This document shows, piece after piece, positions 26,579-35,484 of a stretch of DNA of 53,217 nucleotides. The notes beneath the pieces are model-generated. The model was not told the DNA's origin. It worked only from the letters and a program-made list of their open reading frames with translations, and ran no database searches. Positions within the stretch are counted from its first letter, which is position 1. Every line of letters starts with the position of its first letter. The translations under genes were made by a program, and so were the position numbers. The DNA is from Candidatus Poseidoniaceae archaeon (GTDB lineage: Archaea; Thermoplasmatota; Poseidoniia; Poseidoniales; Poseidoniaceae): contig JALRLN010000002.1 in assembly GCA_023254445.1 (NCBI GenBank), forward strand, positions 1-53,217, given 5' to 3'.

Positions 26579-27652
26579 ATGGCCATGCGGAGCCCCTCCC
26601 AACTGGAGCGGGACCGCGATGGTTTGACGGCTGTGATTGAGTTCCTGTCGGCGTTCACCCTCTTTCTGATGATCCTCACGGCCTTCCTGGCCCTCGCCCA
26701 GATGCAGATGGGTTCGAACGACCCCCACCTCGACCGCCTTGACCGCTCTGCCGTGCTCGGATTGGACCGGCTCGTGGCCGACGAAGGGTGGTTTACTCCC
26801 TTCGTCGACGGCGAAGCGGATCCGACCAACGGAACAGCAGCATGGCACCTTGAGGACGCCGAGACCCTCTTCGAGGGCCGCGTGCGGCCGGGTCTGGTTT
26901 CCGACGGCCGTCTGAGTTTGGAACGGGTTGCTGCCTTGTCGAAAGTGACCGAGTCCGGTTTCGCAGCGGGTCTCGGACTCGACGACGAACTTGACGTGCG
27001 GCTCCGGATCGAGTCGCTGGACGAGAACGGCAGCGTCGTTGAGGTGCTGTTCGACGGTGGGACGGACCGAAGAACGGCGGAATCTTCCAGCCGAGCCACG
27101 CGCTTGGCGGTGGGTGAGGACGGGTTGGTTCGCCTCTCGCTTGAGGTGCACGACGGTGGTCGGGCGGTGGCACCGCTCGTGCTCACCGAACTTCAGCCAA
27201 GGCCGCTCAACGGGGGCCCTGAGTGGTTTGAACTTCACAATCCAGAGGGCTTTGCCGTAGAACTACGGGGCTGGTCCTTCCATATCCTCACGCGCACCGG
27301 CAGCGTGGACCACCTCATGCTGGACGGCATGGTCTCGGGAGGCGGCGTCGCCATCATGACCGGTGACCTCGCATCGCAAGACCTCGGTGACGCCACGGAG
27401 GCCTACGACCTCGGCGTAGAAGGCTTGCTCGGTGTGGGGCTGGTCGACATGCTGCCCAACGGCGAAGGGACGCTGCGCATGAACTGGACCGATCCGCTCA
27501 CCAGCCGTCCCGCCATGATGCAACAGGTGTCGTGGGGAGGGGACACGGGCCATTTCATGACGCCCGGGGAGAGCCTTGTGCTGAACGGGAGCCTCCCTTC
27601 CGACCCAACGTCCTGGCGTGTCGCCACCACCCCAACGCCCGGGGAGGCGTGA
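26579..27652 (+). CDS. Prepilin-like (class III signal) protein with C-terminal lamin-tail domain (LTD)
   Basis: The listed ORF start at 26432 overlaps the tRNA, so Met 26579 is used. The N-terminus MAMRSPSQLERDRDG/LTAVIEFLSAFTLFLMILTAFLALA has a short charged leader, then Gly, then a hydrophobic helix. The C-terminus VLTELQPRPLNGGPEWFELHNPEGFAVELRGWSF matches the LTD core. Confidence 0.65.
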   Translation: MAMRSPSQLERDRDGLTAVIEFLSAFTLFLMILTAFLALAQMQMGSNDPHLDRLDRSAVLGLDRLVADEGWFTPFVDGEADPTNGTAAWHLEDAETLFEGRVRPGLVSDGRLSLERVAALSKVTESGFAAGLGLDDELDVRLRIESLDENGSVVEVLFDGGTDRRTAESSSRATRLAVGEDGLVRLSLEVHDGGRAVAPLVLTELQPRPLNGGPEWFELHNPEGFAVELRGWSFHILTRTGSVDHLMLDGMVSGGGVAIMTGDLASQDLGDATEAYDLGVEGLLGVGLVDMLPNGEGTLRMNWTDPLTSRPAMMQQVSWGGDTGHFMTPGESLVLNGSLPSDPTSWRVATTPTPGEA

Positions 27653-27714
27653 GGGGCGGGCATCAAGCCGGCGGATGCTTCATCAACCGAAGCGGAGACT
27701 CGGAAGTGAATCCC

Positions 27715-28497
27715 ATGATGCCGACCAGCGTCTACACCCGGGACCGGTGCGTGACCGGCATCCATGGTCTGGACGAAATCCTCCGTGGCGGCATCCCCTA
27801 CGGCTCGACGGTGCTGGCCGCGGGGACGTGCGGCTCTGGAAAAACCACGCTGGCCATGGAGTTCCTCGTTCGTGGGGCTTTGGCCGGCGAAGCCTGCGCA
27901 CACTTCACAGCGACCGAACCTTCTGTGAAACTGCTCGAGAACATCCGTCAATACTCGTTCTTTGACATGAACATGGTGGACTCGGGGCTGATCAACGTCT
28001 TCGACGTTGACGTCTTGTATTCGTGGCTGGGCTTGGACAAGGCCACCTTTGACCTCGACGACGTCCATGCGCTCATCAAGGCCATTGTCGACATCGTGAA
28101 CACCATCGGTGTGACGCGCCTCGTCATCGATTCGGTGACCACGCTCTGTTACAAGATCAAGAGCGAGCAACTCATCCGTGATTTCCTGTTCACCCTCGGA
28201 AAGAAGTTGGCCACGCTTGGTTGCACCACGGTGCTCATCTCGGAGATCACATCGGCCACAGAAAACGCGCACTGGTCGTCCTTCGGTGTGGAGGAGGCCA
28301 TTGCAGACGGCATCATCGTCATGGGCGACGTGGAGCGCATGGGGCACTTGCTTCGCTTCCTTCAGGTCGTGAAAATGCGAGGAACGTCGCACAGCCGTGC
28401 CAAACATGCCATCGAACTGACCCAACTTGGGGTCATGCTCACGCCGATGCTCAAGTGGGGCGCGAGTTCAGACAGAACAAGCCGCTGGGGGGCCTGA
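27715..28497 (+). CDS. Single-domain KaiC/RadA-like RecA-fold ATPase (motifs intact)
   Basis: GIHGLDEILRGGIPYGSTVLAAGTCGSGKTTLAMEF (Walker A), RLVIDSV (Walker B strand) and VVKMRGTSH. Met-Met at 27715. Confidence 0.85.
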   Translation: MMPTSVYTRDRCVTGIHGLDEILRGGIPYGSTVLAAGTCGSGKTTLAMEFLVRGALAGEACAHFTATEPSVKLLENIRQYSFFDMNMVDSGLINVFDVDVLYSWLGLDKATFDLDDVHALIKAIVDIVNTIGVTRLVIDSVTTLCYKIKSEQLIRDFLFTLGKKLATLGCTTVLISEITSATENAHWSSFGVEEAIADGIIVMGDVERMGHLLRFLQVVKMRGTSHSRAKHAIELTQLGVMLTPMLKWGASSDRTSRWGA

Positions 28498-28499
28498 CG

Positions 28500-29084
28500 A
28501 TGTTCGAACTCGACCCTATGATCGCCGAGCAACTCACCGAAGTGTCGCTGAACAGCGCGGTTCAGGTGCGGTGCGGCAACTCCAACGCGTTCGTCGTCAC
28601 CGCGAGCACGATGATCCCGCTCCTCCAATCCTTTGGGATGGGTGGCGTCTATATTTCCGCAAGCAGGGGCGCTGTGGAAATCATCCAAGCCTTCGAATCC
28701 ATCGGGGTTGACGTCAGCAACATCCAGTTCCTCGACCTTGTGTCGTCCGGTATTTTGGGCGGCACGGACGTCCCCTACTCGAACGTGCAGTTCGTTGACA
28801 GCCCGATCATGCTTGAATCGGTGCTGCTGCGCACGCTGTACATCCTCCGCACGTCGCCCTTCGAGCGAAACTTCGTCTTCGTGGACAGCATCAACGCCCT
28901 GTCCATCTACAACGATGAGCGCATGCTGGCAGAATACCTGCATTCCTTCATCAACACCTTCCGGCAGCGTGAGGTCCTCTCGGTCCTGATCAACGTCCCG
29001 GATCAAACCCCTCCTTTGGTGCTGGCCAACCTTGACCTGTACTGCACCGCGCTCATCGACCGGGGACAGGTCATCATTCAGTGA
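28500..29084 (+). CDS. Short (194 aa) RecA/KaiC-like paralog lacking a P-loop (tentative)
   Basis: The ATG lies 2 nt after the upstream TGA. It keeps a hhhhD strand (NFVFVDSINAL) and the alternating beta/alpha hydrophobic pattern. The position expected for GxxGxGKT reads NAFVVTASTMIPLL. Confidence 0.5.
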   Translation: MFELDPMIAEQLTEVSLNSAVQVRCGNSNAFVVTASTMIPLLQSFGMGGVYISASRGAVEIIQAFESIGVDVSNIQFLDLVSSGILGGTDVPYSNVQFVDSPIMLESVLLRTLYILRTSPFERNFVFVDSINALSIYNDERMLAEYLHSFINTFRQREVLSVLINVPDQTPPLVLANLDLYCTALIDRGQVIIQ

Positions 29085-29093
29085 GGTGGAAGC

Positions 29094-29894
29094 ATGGCCG
29101 ACGTCAAGTTCAGCGCTGAGGATGAGGAGTTCTTCGGGAAGGTGGGCAGCTTTGGTGTTGCGAAGTTCGACGGCGTGATGGGAGGTGGCGTGCCGCGTGG
29201 CTTCACCATCATCGCGTTCACCCAAACCGGTTCTGGGTCGGATCTGTTCGCGAAGCAATTCACCTCGCCCGCGGAAGAGCCGGACAACACCATCCTCATC
29301 TCCACAAACGAAGCGCAGAAGGAGATCATCCGCGTGTATGAGAAGTACAAGTGGCCGCTTGACATCGGGGTCCGCACGATTGGCGAGGAGTACAACGCAA
29401 GCGTGCTCGAACGGGACCTGCTGGCCAGCAGGTACCGTCTGGAAGGCTTCCAGTTGCAGGACATCCAGCGCCTTGCGCAGACCCGCTTCGTCGACACAGA
29501 AAACAGGGATTTCCTCACCGAAGTCACCAACGAGGTCATGGCCCTCGGACCGTACTACCGCGCGGTCATCGACAGCATGGATTTCTTCTCTCAACGCAAC
29601 GAAAGCAGCAGGATCATCTCGATGTTGAGGATGCTCCAAGCCCACACCCAGGTGATGCGCGGCATCCTCCTCGTGACCCTTTCAGCAGAAGGCATGCCTC
29701 CCGGCATGAAGCAAGAAGTGGCCTCCATCGCAGACATGGTCCTTGAGTTCAAGGTCAGGACCATCGGTACGGATTTCGAAACCTCGATGACGGTCACCAA
29801 GTTCCGAAACGCCCCGGAGAACCTTCGCATCCTGGTCTTCCGTGTGACTCCCGAAGAAGGCATCACGCCAGAAACCGTGGAGCGTATCGCTTAG
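29094..29894 (+). CDS. KaiC-like paralog with eroded Walker A (pseudo-ATPase candidate)
   Basis: GAGGTGG lies upstream, and the start is 9 nt after the previous stop. GVAKFDGVMGGGVPRGFTIIAFTQTGSGSDLFAKQF has Ser-Asp in place of the P-loop Lys-Thr. AVIDSM and the C-terminal TKFRN...GITPE are retained. Confidence 0.65.
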   Translation: MADVKFSAEDEEFFGKVGSFGVAKFDGVMGGGVPRGFTIIAFTQTGSGSDLFAKQFTSPAEEPDNTILISTNEAQKEIIRVYEKYKWPLDIGVRTIGEEYNASVLERDLLASRYRLEGFQLQDIQRLAQTRFVDTENRDFLTEVTNEVMALGPYYRAVIDSMDFFSQRNESSRIISMLRMLQAHTQVMRGILLVTLSAEGMPPGMKQEVASIADMVLEFKVRTIGTDFETSMTVTKFRNAPENLRILVFRVTPEEGITPETVERIA

Positions 29895-29946
29895 CGCTGC
29901 AGGCCCCGAGCGAAGCATGAAGAGGGGGCGACGGCCGCCGTAGGGC

Positions 29947-30690
29947 ATGGCTTCCCGTTCCTCGACGGGTGGGTACGACCCGTCGGGAATCGACCTCGAT
30001 GCGTGGACGGTGCTTGAAGCAGAGTTGGAGGCCACCATCCCCCATTACGATCGCGTCAACCGCCTGATGACCTTTGGACAAGACCGCCGTTGGCGTGCTT
30101 CTGTCGCGGCCCATGCTGAGCCCGGTATGTCGGTGCTTGAGGTCGGATGCGGGCCTGGCTCCTTTGCGGAAACCATCCGGGGCGTGGACTTGACCTGCCT
30201 CGACCCTTCGCCTGAGATGCTTCGCGTCGCACGGAAGCGTGTGGACGCCGCGCGTTCGGCGCACGGCGAGGCTCCGGCGGCGTACGTCGAGGCCCTTGCC
30301 GAGTCCATTCCGCTGCCCGATGCGTCCTTCGACCGCGTGTTTTGCTTGTTCTCTTTCCGGGATTTCCAGGACAAAAAGAAGGGCCTTGAGGAGATCCTCA
30401 GAGTCCTCAAGCCCGGAGGTCGATTGGTCATCTGCGACGCTGGAAAGGGGAGTTGGCTGCATGGATTCGCGGGCCGCATGTGGATGGGGACCGTTGTCCA
30501 ATGGATGGCCCGACGGGTGACGGGGACACGAGATCACCCGTGGCGAGGGCTTGCCCGGTCGTACACCCACTACGGCACGAACCGGTACTACCGTCGAATG
30601 TTGCGGGACGTCGGATTCACGTCGGTCAGGGGCCGGTTGCTTTGGCCCTTCCTGATGGCCTCTCGATTCGTTGGAGAGCGTCCAAATTGA
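29947..30690 (+). CDS. UbiE/MenG-family SAM-dependent (demethylmenaquinone-type) methyltransferase
   Basis: YDRVNRLMTFGQDRRWR and SAM motif VLEVGCGPGSF. Confidence 0.8.
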   Translation: MASRSSTGGYDPSGIDLDAWTVLEAELEATIPHYDRVNRLMTFGQDRRWRASVAAHAEPGMSVLEVGCGPGSFAETIRGVDLTCLDPSPEMLRVARKRVDAARSAHGEAPAAYVEALAESIPLPDASFDRVFCLFSFRDFQDKKKGLEEILRVLKPGGRLVICDAGKGSWLHGFAGRMWMGTVVQWMARRVTGTRDHPWRGLARSYTHYGTNRYYRRMLRDVGFTSVRGRLLWPFLMASRFVGERPN

Positions 30691-30755
30691 TGTTTTTCGG
30701 GGCCACTGAGGCATGCTCATAAACCCGGCACATTACGGTCAGCCACGGTGAGCGT

Positions 30756-31073
30756 ATGAGCATGGAGAGCGTCCTCCGCAGCATCAAGTCGGCTCAGGCC
30801 GAAGCTGACGCTTTGGTTCAGTCAGCGCGCGAGGATGCCTCCCGCGTCGTTACTGAGGCACGTCGCGCCTCAACGGAGATCGTGAACAGCGCGACCGAGG
30901 CCGCGCAATCCGATGCTCGTGCCACCATTGACGCCGCCCGAGCAACGGCGCAAAAGGAAGCCGACGCGGTCCGCGTGAGCGGAACTGCAGCAGCGGAACA
31001 ACTTGCCGCTTCCGCTGCCGAACGGTTGCCTTCCGCAGTTGATCTGCTGCTTTCCAGCATCCAAGACGCCTGA
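30756..31073 (+). CDS. atpH: A-type ATP synthase subunit H
   Basis: 105-aa Ala/Glu-rich helical protein in first position of the canonical operon. Confidence 0.8.
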   Translation: MSMESVLRSIKSAQAEADALVQSAREDASRVVTEARRASTEIVNSATEAAQSDARATIDAARATAQKEADAVRVSGTAAAEQLAASAAERLPSAVDLLLSSIQDA

Positions 31074-31082
31074 GGTGAGCCC

Positions 31083-33140
31083 ATGTTCCCGATGGTCGAG
31101 ATGTCCCGTCTTACGGTGGCGGGACCGCTTGACGCCATTGGGCCGGTGCTTGACGCATGCGACGCCCTTGGTTGCGTTCACATCCAGCCCTACGAGGAAT
31201 TTGAGGAAGGCATCAGCGTTGGCCAGTCCCTCGCAAGCGAGGGCCACGGGGACCTGCTGACCAAAGTTCGGGCTGTCCGCTCCTCCACCAGCGCCGTGAA
31301 CACGGGCGGCGCCATGTCCCACGCCCAAGCCCTGGCCTTGTTGGACGGCGCCTTCCCAAGCAAGGTCGACGCGGTCCTCGCCCACATGGCCGATGCAGAA
31401 GCCGCCCGTGCGCGACTCACCGCCGTTGCTGAGGAACGCGACGCCATGCAGCGCTTGGCCCCCCTCGGACTCCCGTTGGAACTCCTGTCCGGCGTTTCCG
31501 GCTTGGAAATCCTCGTCGCGGAAACCGCGAAGGCAGGCAAGGTCCACGAGATGCTTGGCCCGCTCGCTACGGAATGTGAAGTGCTCGCTCAGGGCCGTGT
31601 GGTGGCCGTCGCCTGCCGTCCGGAACACGCCCCTGAAGTGCAGATTGTGCTCGGGCAGTGCGGTGCGCGAACCGTGCAGGTGCCGCCGGGCGAAGGCACG
31701 CCCGAGGAGCGTGTGAAGCAGGCCGACGCCGAAACAGCGGACCTCGAGGCCTCTATTGCCTCCTCCGCCCGCTCCATTGAGGCTTGGGTGGCGGCCAACG
31801 GCCGTGACCTGGTTTGCGCCCATGAAGTGCTCGAGCGTTTGGACGACGTGGCTTCCGCGCCGACCCAGATGGCGGTGGCCGACCGCGCCTTTGCCCTCGA
31901 CGCATGGGTCCCTTCGTCCCGCAGCGAAGAGGTCAGCGCAGCGCTGGCGCCGTTGGCTTCCCTCGTGGAGGTTCACGCGTGGGCGCCCGACCACCACCAT
32001 GGCGACGGGCACGACCACCACGAGCCTGAGCCACCCGTCGAATTCGACAACCCCGGCGCCACCGAGCCGTTCGAACTCATGGTTGACCTCGTCGGCCGAC
32101 CCTCCTACGGGGCGTTCGACCCCACCACGCTGATGATGTTCACCTTCCCGATGATCTTTGGTGCCATCCTTGGCGACTGGGGCTTCGGGCTCGTGATCGT
32201 GGCGTTGGCGTTGTTCCTCCGTAGCAAACCGATGGGCGCCGACCCGGTCGTGCGCAACGGCATCACCATTTTGCTGTGGATGGGCGTTTGGTGCATCCTC
32301 TGGGGCCTGTACTTCGCCGAAGGATTCGGATTCGTGTGGGACAACTACACTTGGGTGAAATACGAGTTCACGAACGGCTCGTCCCCTCTCGGCTTCCTGT
32401 ACCCCGACGAACCTGTGGCGCTGCTGTCCGACGATGTGCGGGCCTTCCTTGGCATGAACAACCTCACCTACCCGCTGCACCGGGCCTCGGCCAATCATGG
32501 GCTTGAGGAGTACGTCGTCTTCTCGGTGTACCTCGGTGTGGTGCACCTCTTCCTCGGCTTCGCCATTGGCTTCATGAACGTCCTCAAGGCTCACGGTGCA
32601 GCGGCGGCCTTCTTCGAAAAGGGCTCGTGGATCCTCATCCTCATCGGCGGATTCCTTCACGCCCGTCGCTTCATCGCCTACGACGGTGAGCTGTTCTCGC
32701 TCAACATCTTCTCGGGCGTGATGCTGGTGGGCATCCTCTGCCTCATCGTTGGGCTGGCCGTCTACGAGAAGTTTGGTTGGGCCGGTGGCATCATCATGGG
32801 CCCCATCGAGACCTTTGGCCTCCTTGCCAACACGCTCTCGTACCTCAGGGTCATGGGCGTCGGTGTGGCGGGGGTGAAGATTGCCGAAGTCTCCATCACG
32901 ATGGGCTGGGAGGTCATGCTCAACCAGTTCGCAGCCGGCAGCCTCGGGTACCTTTGGGGTGCCTTGGCCTTCCTGCTCTTCCTTGGCGTCCAAGCCTTTG
33001 CCATCGCGCTGGGCCTGTTGTCGCCAAGCATTCACGCAGCACGTCTGCACTTCGTCGAGTGGATGGGTAAATTCCACAGCGGCTCAGGGGTCCCCTTCAA
33101 CCCCTTGGGCGGTCGACGCATTCACGTGGAGGGACAGTGA
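31083..33140 (+). CDS. atpI: A-type ATP synthase subunit I (stator/a-subunit)
   Basis: Soluble N-terminal half plus a polytopic C-terminal half with the conserved Arg context LSYLRVMGVGVAG. Confidence 0.92.
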   Translation: MFPMVEMSRLTVAGPLDAIGPVLDACDALGCVHIQPYEEFEEGISVGQSLASEGHGDLLTKVRAVRSSTSAVNTGGAMSHAQALALLDGAFPSKVDAVLAHMADAEAARARLTAVAEERDAMQRLAPLGLPLELLSGVSGLEILVAETAKAGKVHEMLGPLATECEVLAQGRVVAVACRPEHAPEVQIVLGQCGARTVQVPPGEGTPEERVKQADAETADLEASIASSARSIEAWVAANGRDLVCAHEVLERLDDVASAPTQMAVADRAFALDAWVPSSRSEEVSAALAPLASLVEVHAWAPDHHHGDGHDHHEPEPPVEFDNPGATEPFELMVDLVGRPSYGAFDPTTLMMFTFPMIFGAILGDWGFGLVIVALALFLRSKPMGADPVVRNGITILLWMGVWCILWGLYFAEGFGFVWDNYTWVKYEFTNGSSPLGFLYPDEPVALLSDDVRAFLGMNNLTYPLHRASANHGLEEYVVFSVYLGVVHLFLGFAIGFMNVLKAHGAAAAFFEKGSWILILIGGFLHARRFIAYDGELFSLNIFSGVMLVGILCLIVGLAVYEKFGWAGGIIMGPIETFGLLANTLSYLRVMGVGVAGVKIAEVSITMGWEVMLNQFAAGSLGYLWGALAFLLFLGVQAFAIALGLLSPSIHAARLHFVEWMGKFHSGSGVPFNPLGGRRIHVEGQ

Positions 33141-33173
33141 CAGTCCACTTGGACACAAAGAGGTAGTGAGAAT

Positions 33174-33482
33174 ATGAAGACCACCCTGAAGAACACGCTG
33201 CGCGCATTGATCGTCCTGGCCGCCTTCGCCCTGATTGCTCAGGGTGCGGCCGCGGCGGAGACCACCACGACCGCCACGGGCAACACGATCACCGGTGACC
33301 TCGGTGTCGGTATCGCCCTCGGCCTCGCCGCCATCGGTGCTGGGTTCTCCCAGGCCGCCATCGGCAGCGCTGCCGTCGGCATGCTTGCCGAAGACGGCTC
33401 GAAGTTCGGCCCCGCCCTCATCTTCACGGCGCTCCCCGAGTCGATCGTGATCCTGGGCGCCCTGCCGCTCTTCCTGGCCTGA
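33174..33482 (+). CDS. atpK: A-type ATP synthase subunit K (proteolipid c)
   Basis: Gly/Ala-rich hairpin GLAAIGAGFSQAAIGSAAVG, with the ion-binding Glu in ALPESIVILG. Confidence 0.9.
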   Translation: MKTTLKNTLRALIVLAAFALIAQGAAAAETTTTATGNTITGDLGVGIALGLAAIGAGFSQAAIGSAAVGMLAEDGSKFGPALIFTALPESIVILGALPLFLA

Positions 33483-33531
33483 ACCTACGGACGCGCAGCG
33501 CTCGCGCTGCACGCCCACAGGAGGAATCGAG

Positions 33532-34095
33532 ATGACGCTTGAATCGCTTTCAAAGGACATCACGGCAGCCGCGAAAGCGGAAGCCTCGGAGATCGCCGCA
33601 ACCGCTCAGGCGGAAGCAGACGGCCTTCGCGGAGAAGCGGAGGCTAAGGCCGAAGCCATCCGGAGCGAGGCGGCCGCACGGGCCGCTCGGGAAGCGGAAC
33701 AGGTGGCGCGTGAAGTCGTTGCGAGCGCCCGTCAGGTCAACCAGAAGGATCTGCTCGTCGCACGACGTGCCGCCCTTGACGCCACCCTTGCGCAGGCGAG
33801 GGAGACGCTGGGTGACCCGAAGTGGAAGGGCCGAGCCGGGTTGCTCAAGTCCCTGATGGCCAAAGCCGACGAGATCGGCACCTCTGGGTACGCCGTACGT
33901 CCGGTTGGCGTGGACAAGAAGGCCGTCAAGGACCTCGCCGGCTCTCGCTCGATGGGCGAGGAGACCGACGGACTCGGTGGCTTCGTGCTCGACGCAGAGG
34001 ACGGATCGGTCTCGTATGACTTCCGTTTCGACGCCCTCCTGACGCGCGCCTGGACCGACAACCTGCCCGGCGTCTCCGCTGCTTTGTTTGACTGA
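33532..34095 (+). CDS. atpE: A-type ATP synthase subunit E
   Basis: GGAGG SD. Long N-terminal A/E/R helix followed by a globular C-terminus. Operon position fits. Confidence 0.85.
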   Translation: MTLESLSKDITAAAKAEASEIAATAQAEADGLRGEAEAKAEAIRSEAAARAAREAEQVAREVVASARQVNQKDLLVARRAALDATLAQARETLGDPKWKGRAGLLKSLMAKADEIGTSGYAVRPVGVDKKAVKDLAGSRSMGEETDGLGGFVLDAEDGSVSYDFRFDALLTRAWTDNLPGVSAALFD

Positions 34096-34104
34096 GGCCT
34101 CGAC

Positions 34105-35142
34105 ATGCGCTTCGGATCCACACCCTACGTCGCCTCACGGGCGAAGGCGAGGAAGAACTCCCTCGCCGACAGGGCGCGGCTCCGACAGATCATCCACCAA
34201 CACCCCGATCAACTCACGGTGGCGGTGGCCGACCTTGGTTACCGAGCGGAAATCGACCGGTACGCAGCAACCTACGACGGTGGCGACCTCGTTGAGGCGG
34301 CCCTGAGCGACAACCTCGCTCACGAGTTGGACGCGATGATGGACTTGTGCTCCGGCGCTGTGGCGCGCATTGTCTCGGTCTATACCGGCCGGTTCGAGTA
34401 CCACAACGCCAAGGCCGTGCTTCGGGCCGTGCTGAACGAGGTTGAAGCCGACAAGGTTGGTCACGATATCCTGCCTGACCTGAACGACCTCAACACGCCA
34501 TGGCTGCAGATCGTTGAGCGCTCGGACAGCCTCCGCGCCGCCGCGACACTGATGCGTCGGAAGGCGTTCGGACCTGCTTTGATGGCCCTGCCAGAAGACG
34601 CAACGCTTGCAGCGTACGAGGATGCGTTGGACCGCCACTACTTCGCCAACGCCCTCTCGGCCCTTGGAGGCTCCAAGCCCGATGTTCGGATGCTGAAGGA
34701 CCTCCTCGCGACGGAAATCGATCATCGGAACATCATCAACCTCCTGGAGGCGGATGCGATGCGGCTGGAAGGCACGCGCGTGGTTGAGTCGCTGATTCCC
34801 GGCGGGCGGTTGATCCCCAAGCGAGCGTTCACCGCTGTTTCAAGCGGGGGCCGTGCTTCCCTGATGGAGGTGCTTCGAGGTTCCAACCGCTTTGACATGA
34901 ACGGGTTTGAAGCCGCCGTGAAGGCCTCCGACGAAGCCATGTCCCTCGACCCAGTCATCACGTGGCTTGGCGTCCGGGAGACCGCCCACCTGAGCCGGAT
35001 GAGCTACCTGCATCCGGTGTCGGCCCTCCCCGTCGTGCATTACATCGCCATGAAGGTGCAGGAGGTCAAGGACCTCCGCATCATCACACGCGGTTTGCTT
35101 GCAGGCTTGCCTGCTGACGTGGTGGAGGCCCACGTCTACTGA
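34105..35142 (+). CDS. atpC: A-type ATP synthase subunit C
   Basis: 345-aa helical protein at the canonical position, with family-like repeats (DRHYFANAL, IDHRNIINLL). Confidence 0.85.
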   Translation: MRFGSTPYVASRAKARKNSLADRARLRQIIHQHPDQLTVAVADLGYRAEIDRYAATYDGGDLVEAALSDNLAHELDAMMDLCSGAVARIVSVYTGRFEYHNAKAVLRAVLNEVEADKVGHDILPDLNDLNTPWLQIVERSDSLRAAATLMRRKAFGPALMALPEDATLAAYEDALDRHYFANALSALGGSKPDVRMLKDLLATEIDHRNIINLLEADAMRLEGTRVVESLIPGGRLIPKRAFTAVSSGGRASLMEVLRGSNRFDMNGFEAAVKASDEAMSLDPVITWLGVRETAHLSRMSYLHPVSALPVVHYIAMKVQEVKDLRIITRGLLAGLPADVVEAHVY

Positions 35143-35156
35143 AGGAGGTGTGATGG

Positions 35157-35456
35157 ATGGAAATCGCCGTTGTCGGTTCTCCCGAATTCACCCTTGGCTT
35201 CCAACTCGCAGGGCTTTCGCACCTGCACAATCCTTCGGACGACGAGGCCATGGCCTCCGTCCTTCGCACGCTCCTCAACAGCAAGGAGGTGGGCATTGTC
35301 GTGGTCGACTCCGCGAGCCTGGCCCGCCTCCCAGAGCGGCTGCGAGAGCAGCTTTCCTCATCCGTGACCCCGACCGTTCTCGGCATCGGGACGGAAGAGG
35401 ACACCACCCTGCGCGATACCATCCGCAAGGCCATTGGAGTCGACCTATGGGCATGA
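35157..35456 (+). CDS. atpF: A-type ATP synthase subunit F
   Basis: [20 protein letters not shown]-terminus; 99 aa. Confidence 0.88.
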   Translation: MEIAVVGSPEFTLGFQLAGLSHLHNPSDDEAMASVLRTLLNSKEVGIVVVDSASLARLPERLREQLSSSVTPTVLGIGTEEDTTLRDTIRKAIGVDLWA

Positions 35457-35484
35457 TGTTCCACTACAACTTGGAGGAAGAAGA

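Noticed and set aside
26338-29946. tRNA-Ser-flanked genomic island or integrated element containing the LTD-pilin and KaiC-like genes
   Set aside because: I found no integrase, no direct repeat of the tRNA 3' end downstream (only a trivial 8-nt match inside a CDS), and no clear compositional break by eye. A windowed GC or tetranucleotide calculation would be needed to revisit this.
33174-33290. Signal-peptide-like N-terminal extension of the ATP synthase c/K subunit
   Set aside because: As far as I recall, N-terminal extensions preceding the two-helix hairpin are common in archaeal K subunits. There is nothing distinctive beyond that.
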